A DNA stretch of 64,000 bases. It comes from Candidatus Latescibacterota bacterium. Its GTDB lineage: Bacteria; Latescibacterota; UBA2968; GCA-2709665. Positions 62,684-64,000 of this stretch are shown piece by piece (position 1 is the stretch's first letter; each line of letters starts with the position of its first letter). The stretch covers positions 1,888,001 through 1,952,000 of the forward strand of contig OZ241917.1 of NCBI GenBank assembly GCA_965203805.1, given 5' to 3'. Both the position numbers and the translations under genes were made by a program. The notes under the pieces are model-generated. The model was not told the DNA's origin and searched no databases. It saw only the letters and a list, made by a program, of their open reading frames with translations.

Positions 62684-64000
62684 ATGCCCCGCAACAGCCT
62701 CTTCACGTTCCGCACCCACGGCGGTGTCTGCGCCGGCGAGACCTGGATTTACGATCACGACGAGCCCATCGCGCGTCTCGAAGACAAAGTGATCGAACAG
62801 CCGGAACAGAACCTGCGTTATTTCAACGGTAACGCCAAACCCGTCAATTTGCGGGACCTGAAGCTGGCCCCCGGCGGACGTCCGCTCGTGGGCGGCGTGC
62901 AGATGTTCTGGGTATTCCAGCACCGTGTGCTTGCCACCACGAATCTCATCGATATCCGGGTGGCGGGACAGGAGTCCGACCGCCTCGTCCTCACGGTGAT
63001 CACCGGGGACCCTGGCGGCGTGGCCACCTCGCGCCGTGTGCTCACGTTAACCTACGACGCCGAATTGGCAACGTATATCTACGACTTCCGGGCGCACCTG
63101 GATATCCACAGTCCGGAAGCATTGGACGGTGACGATGACGTCAATTTTGAGTATTGCGACCCCTGGTACAACGACATCCCCGGACCGACCGTCGAATTCC
63201 CGGGGATGTGGCGGAAACGATACTCGCATCTCCTGGCGGAGACCGGAGACGGCTCCATCTGGCAGATGCCGCTCAACCACATGGCGACCGGCATTCCCGG
63301 CCCCCGATCGCTCAAGCCGGACGGCATTCTCGTTCTGGCCGACGATCCGGGAAACAATCCGGCGTTCGAGTTTTCGGGCGACACCGCCGAACGCACGACG
63401 GTGGGTGTGTGCAACTGGGGTTACGACATCCATTTCGCGGGTCACTACACACGCGACGAACTCTACGCGCCTTTGTGTGAGCGCTTTCGCATCCGACTCT
63501 GTCCGGACAGGAACGTGGCGAAGATGATGGCTCGGGCGGAACCCGTTCCCAAAGTCGCGTACAACGGCTTCGAGGAACTTCCCCTTTACGAACGTAAAAC
63601 CAGTTTTTCCAACGGACTGCAACTCAACAGACCCACCACGGGCGACACCGATCCCTGGCCCTGGCTTCCGGAGGGAGAGGGCGCGGAATGGTGCAGGGAT
63701 CACGGGCGCACCGACCTTTTTTCGCTTAAGATCAGCAAACTGACGGACGGACCCAGCGAGTGGGTTATGGACCGTGAAAGCGACGGCGCATGGACCGAAA
63801 GATGGACCCTCTCAACCGGGTTTCGCGTGACGGCGTACATCAAGACCGAACACGTCCGGGGGCGCGGCGCCTTTCTTGCCGTGCGCTGGGGCGTCTTCAA
63901 CGAACCCGAAAAGTATCCCTACATCTGCTCCAGAAAACTCACCGGCACAAATGACTGGACACAGGTCAGCGTAGAGATCCGCGGACCGTCGCCGCCGGAC
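62684..64000 (+). CDS. Hypothetical protein, possible CBM-like domain; runs off the window end
   Basis: GGAGGAG RBS then MPRNSLFTFRTHGG...; ends ...YIKTEHVRG...LTGTNDWTQVSVEI. Not in the ORF track because it is truncated. Confidence 0.65.
   Translation, partial: MPRNSLFTFRTHGGVCAGETWIYDHDEPIARLEDKVIEQPEQNLRYFNGNAKPVNLRDLKLAPGGRPLVGGVQMFWVFQHRVLATTNLIDIRVAGQESDRLVLTVITGDPGGVATSRRVLTLTYDAELATYIYDFRAHLDIHSPEALDGDDDVNFEYCDPWYNDIPGPTVEFPGMWRKRYSHLLAETGDGSIWQMPLNHMATGIPGPRSLKPDGILVLADDPGNNPAFEFSGDTAERTTVGVCNWGYDIHFAGHYTRDELYAPLCERFRIRLCPDRNVAKMMARAEPVPKVAYNGFEELPLYERKTSFSNGLQLNRPTTGDTDPWPWLPEGEGAEWCRDHGRTDLFSLKISKLTDGPSEWVMDRESDGAWTERWTLSTGFRVTAYIKTEHVRGRGAFLAVRWGVFNEPEKYPYICSRKLTGTNDWTQVSVEIRGPSPPD

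Overview
The window has two parts. GC-rich core segments (about 1-5100 and 44270-64000) carry TonB-dependent receptors, a GWxTD protein, DUF3179/DUF6785/CRTAC1 proteins and a heparinase II/III-sugar-acid catabolic run. This gene set is typical of Latescibacterota/Gemmatimonadota-like bacteria (inference). Between them is a ~39 kb lower-GC, IS-scarred island (IS3, IS1380, IS256 and IS630 remnants, a group II intron 5' remnant) whose genes nearly all lie on the minus strand. The island holds what looks like an uncharacterised RiPP cluster. A Ser/Thr kinase-ATPase-TPR-GAF-sigma54 activator sits upstream of a candidate sigma54 promoter, a 72-aa precursor with a PapA/SCIFF-like leader and an RRE-radical SAM/SPASM maturase. 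These are followed by a beta-propeller, a second 73-aa precursor (CLI_3235-like leader, Trp/Tyr/Cys-rich core, flanked by inverted repeats), a CxxC redoxin, an ABC exporter and a rhodanese. Then come a subtilisin fused to a TIGR04066-like P-loop domain, an ACP that keeps its Ser, a BtrH-like Cys-His-Asp protein and an MFP with two RND subunits. A ~200 bp intergenic module is duplicated ahead of the second precursor and ahead of the rhodanese-S8-ACP unit. All family assignments come from motif recognition by eye, not from database searches.
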